From Spirochaetia bacterium (GTDB lineage Bacteria > Spirochaetota > Spirochaetia > SZUA-6 > Bin103), in assembly GCA_965208575.1 (NCBI GenBank), contig CBDBOV010000002.1:448001-512000 (forward strand): DNA of 64,000 bases. Direction: 5' to 3'. The notes beneath the pieces are model-generated. The model saw only the letters and a program-made list of their open reading frames with translations, was not told the origin of the DNA and searched no databases. The first letter of the stretch is position 1; the number at the start of each line of letters is the position of its first letter. A program made the translations under genes and the position numbers. Below are positions 61,004-64,000 of the stretch, in pieces.

Positions 61004-61372
61004 ATGGGCACCTTCACCGTCGACTGCGAACTGCAGGAACTGACCGCAAATCATCCGCCGGCGACGATCGCGGGCGTGATGGTCGATACCGGGTCCGAGT
61101 ACACGTGGCTGCCGGAAGACCTGCTCCAGAAAGCCGGCGTCGCGGTTACCAAGAAAGACATCGCGTTCGTGATGGCCAACGGCGCGACCATCACCAGAGA
61201 CATCGGCTACGCGTACCTCCGCAGCGGCGGGTTCGAGACCGTCGATGAGGTCGTATTCGCGCGTCCGGACGACTTGCGCCTGCTCGGTGCCCGAACGCTG
61301 GAAGGGTTTGCCGCGCGCGTAGACTCGCGCGCGAAGAGCTTGGTGGCGGCGGGGCCGCTGCCGGTAGCGTAG
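61004..61372 (+). CDS. Retropepsin-like aspartyl protease
   Basis: VMVDTGSEYTW, LLGARTLEGF. Confidence 0.8.
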   Translation: MGTFTVDCELQELTANHPPATIAGVMVDTGSEYTWLPEDLLQKAGVAVTKKDIAFVMANGATITRDIGYAYLRSGGFETVDEVVFARPDDLRLLGARTLEGFAARVDSRAKSLVAAGPLPVA

Positions 61373-61418
61373 CGACGTCGGGCGGCAGACCGGCGGTACC
61401 GCGGGAAGTTGGGTGCGG

Positions 61419-61607
61419 TCAGGCGCGGTCAGCGCCTTTGCCCGCGTTGGGCGGCGTGCTCCGAGCCGGCTGGCGGCGAGCCGAAGCGAGTGCGCGCGCT
61501 ATCCGGTCGAGTTCAACCAGTATGTCGAACCGTCGGGAGATGGCCTCCGGCGACATGTCCCGGGACTCACCGCGGCTCTCGGCCTTGACGTCGTCGACCG
61601 TTCTCAT
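61419..61607 (-). CDS. Small hypothetical protein (62 aa)
   Basis: DMSPEAISRR motif; ATGA-coupled to an upstream remnant ending RDQDLSDVEHL. Confidence 0.4.
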   Translation of the reverse strand: MRTVDDVKAESRGESRDMSPEAISRRFDILVELDRIARALASARRQPARSTPPNAGKGADRA

Positions 61608-61742
61608 GGCCCCCTCTCGAGGTGCTCCACGTCGCTCAGGTCCTGGTCACGCTGGTCACTACCGGCGCGTCCCGGCGATGATCTTGGGCCGGTGGCGTAG
61701 CCCCATGCCGCGAGTGCGGTACGATGGGAACAGGAGGCGGAA

Positions 61743-63125
61743 GTGGCACACTTGTACGACGCGATCGTTATCGGTACCGGGCAGGCGGGGCCGGGTCTGG
61801 CGGCGGACCTGTCGGCGGCCGGCATGCGCACGGCGGTGATCGAGCGCCACCTGTTCGGGGGGACGTGCGTCAACGTCGGCTGCATTCCGACCAAGGCGCT
61901 GGTGGCGAGCGCCCGCGCGGCCCACGTTGCTCGCCGCGCTGCGGAGTTCGGAGTGGTGATCGGGGGAGAGGTCGGGGTGGACATGGCGCGGGTGAAGGCG
62001 CGCAAGGATGCCATTGTGCGGCGCTCGGCCACCGGCGTGGAACGCTGGATGGGGTCGCTGGCCAACTGCACCGTGTACCGGGGCCACGGGCGGTTCGAGG
62101 GCGACCACCGGGTGCGGGTGGGCGGCGACGTGTTGGAGGCGGAGCGGATCTTCATCAACGTGGGTGCGCGCGCGTTCGTGCCGCCGCTTGCGGGCGTGGC
62201 GGAGGTGGACTACCTGACCAACTCCACGATCATGGAGCTGGACACGCTGCCGGAGCACCTGGTGATCGTGGGTGGCGGCTACATCGGGCTGGAGTTCGCG
62301 CAGATGTTCCGCCGCTTCGGCAGCGAGGTGACGCTGATCGACCGCGGCGACCGGCTGATCGGGCGCGAGTCGGAGGACGTGTCGGCGGCGGTGGCGGCGA
62401 TCCTGGAGGGCGAGGGGGTGCGGCTGCGGCTGGGCGCCGAGTGCATGGCGTTCGAGCGGCGTGGGGCGGCGGTGGCGGCCACCCTGGAGTGCCGCGGCGA
62501 CGAGCCGGAGGTGGCCGGCTCGCACCTGCTGCTGGCGGTGGGCCGGCGCCCCAACACCGACGACCTGGGGCTGGAGACCACCGGCATCGAGGTGAACGCG
62601 CGCGGCCACATTCAGGTGGACGATGCCCTGCAGACCGGCGTGCCGGGGGTGTGGGCGCTCGGCGAGTGCAACGGGCGCGGCGCCTTTACCCACACCGCCT
62701 ACCACGACTACGAGATCGTCGCCGGCAACCTGCTGCACGGCGATCCGCGCCGGGTCACCGACCGCATCGACTGCTACGCGCTGTACATCGACCCGCCGCT
62801 CGGCCGCGTCGGCATGACCGAGGCGCAGGTGCGCGCCTCCGGCCGCCCCGCCCTGGTCGCCACCCGCGCCATGACGCGCGTCGGGCGCGCCGTCGAGAAG
62901 AGCGAGACGCAGGGCTTCATGAAGGTGCTGGTGGACGCGGAAACCGAGCGCATCCTGGGCGCCGCCATCCTCGGCGTCGGCGGCGACGAGGTGATCCACT
63001 CGATCCTGGACGTGATGTACGCCGACGCCCCCTGCACCGTGATCCGCCGCGCGGTGCACATCCACCCCACCGTCGCCGAGCTGATCCCCACCATGCTCGC
63101 CGATCTCAGGCCGCTTGCATATTAG
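61743..63125 (+). CDS. Class I pyridine nucleotide-disulfide oxidoreductase (RclA/YkgC-like)
   Basis: IGTGQAG, GGTCVNVGCIPTK, GGGYIGLE, HIHPTVAE. Confidence 0.9.
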   Translation: MAHLYDAIVIGTGQAGPGLAADLSAAGMRTAVIERHLFGGTCVNVGCIPTKALVASARAAHVARRAAEFGVVIGGEVGVDMARVKARKDAIVRRSATGVERWMGSLANCTVYRGHGRFEGDHRVRVGGDVLEAERIFINVGARAFVPPLAGVAEVDYLTNSTIMELDTLPEHLVIVGGGYIGLEFAQMFRRFGSEVTLIDRGDRLIGRESEDVSAAVAAILEGEGVRLRLGAECMAFERRGAAVAATLECRGDEPEVAGSHLLLAVGRRPNTDDLGLETTGIEVNARGHIQVDDALQTGVPGVWALGECNGRGAFTHTAYHDYEIVAGNLLHGDPRRVTDRIDCYALYIDPPLGRVGMTEAQVRASGRPALVATRAMTRVGRAVEKSETQGFMKVLVDAETERILGAAILGVGGDEVIHSILDVMYADAPCTVIRRAVHIHPTVAELIPTMLADLRPLAY

Positions 63126-63195
63126 GACACCACTGGATGGGCCGCGCCCGGCGCCTTCCCGCCTCCCGCACCGGCGCGGTCAGTGGTGAACGACT

Positions 63196-64000
63196 CTACT
63201 GGCGGGTTGCGCTGAATGCACCCACCACGGAGAAGGGGAAGGGATTGTCGGTGGTCACCCCCCACGTGCCGGCTGCCACGCCGTCCTCGAAGAACGCCGC
63301 ACCCCACTTGCCGCTCGCGCCCTGCTGCCGGGCGCCACCGATCAGGAATGCGGTGTCCCCCTTCCGCAGGCCGTCCACCGGCGCCGCGCCCGCGATCTCG
63401 AGCGCAATGGTGGGAAGCGCATCGCCGATTTGCACCGGCCCGCCGTCGACGGACCGGACCTGATCGATGGTACCGGTAAGGGATTCGTCCTCAGCCAGTT
63501 CGAGCTCGACCCGGGCGGTGAAGAAATCCACAATGCCGGCGGCATCCGTGTACACGCCGATGGTGGTGCCGCGATAGGTGCCGGGGACGGGGGTGGCGTC
63601 TGCCTCATTGGCCAGACCGTCGGCGAACATTCCCCAGACGAACTGGTCGCTTGGCGTGCGGTACATCCAGGGGCCGAACACCACCGCATCGCTCGTATCG
63701 AAGTGTGGCCTCGGCTGCCCGTCGGACCCGCTCGACACGCTGGAGACAACGGCCGCCACCGCGTTTCGGGAGCGGTCCGTGAAGTATCTCAAGCCGCTGA
63801 CGGGATCGAGATCGCCGGTAACATCCTGAGTCAGAAGGCGGTTCTCGATCCGGACGCCGGAGCCGGTCCACCGCACACGGTCCGCGGTGGTTCCCGCCTC
63901 GCCTCGGCTGCCCTGGGTCACGCTGCCGGCGCGCGGCGCGTTGCGGGCGGCAGCGGACATCAGGTCGGTGGATGGGTTGCCCACCTCCGGCGGTGTCCCC
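63196..64000 (-). CDS. Putative TbpB-like beta-barrel surface protein (5' end probably outside the window)
   Basis: FGPWM, TYRGTTIGVY, FTARVEL, GKWGAAFF...AGTWG...GAFSA. Confidence 0.5.
   Translation of the reverse strand, partial: GTPPEVGNPSTDLMSAAARNAPRAGSVTQGSRGEAGTTADRVRWTGSGVRIENRLLTQDVTGDLDPVSGLRYFTDRSRNAVAAVVSSVSSGSDGQPRPHFDTSDAVVFGPWMYRTPSDQFVWGMFADGLANEADATPVPGTYRGTTIGVYTDAAGIVDFFTARVELELAEDESLTGTIDQVRSVDGGPVQIGDALPTIALEIAGAAPVDGLRKGDTAFLIGGARQQGASGKWGAAFFEDGVAAGTWGVTTDNPFPFSVVGAFSATRQ

Noticed and set aside
61743-63125. Mercuric reductase merA
   Set aside because: No C-terminal Cys-Cys, no HMA domain, no mer operon

Overview
High-GC bacterial chromosome window. The rsmG/uppP/ftsK block and the very high load of toxin-antitoxin modules and gene remnants resemble host-associated, possibly Spirochaetaceae-like symbiont genomes; this is an inference, not a taxonomic assignment. 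Core genes (MMPL-LolA-like-OMP triad, rsmG, uppP, ftsK, tRNA-CAT, M48/HtrA proteases, xylonate catabolism, sulfatase) alternate with accessory patches of TA pairs, retropepsin-like proteases and internally deleted gene fragments. Four features stand out. (1) Two inverted 1,676-bp IS110 copies have a non-coding left end carrying two near-identical 12-mers that match the shared target (TCAAGAG) and the element's own donor junction (TCAGGAG), a bridge-RNA-like guide pair; the recombinase has Thr where the catalytic Ser is expected. (2) A tightly coupled four-gene DrmA/DrmB-like + SF1 helicase + unknown-protein operon has no methylase or PLD nuclease. It is a candidate defence system, currently disrupted by an A8 frameshift and the IS110, and is bracketed by two copies of an aspartyl-protease gene. 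(3) An Rv2807-like DDE element has doubled terminal motifs and carries a second transposase between 64-bp direct repeats. (4) A 941-aa HNH protein with 84-nt and 72-nt coding tandem repeats is flanked by an 11-bp direct repeat. No CRISPR array or rRNA was seen. All family calls come from motif recognition only; no searches were run.
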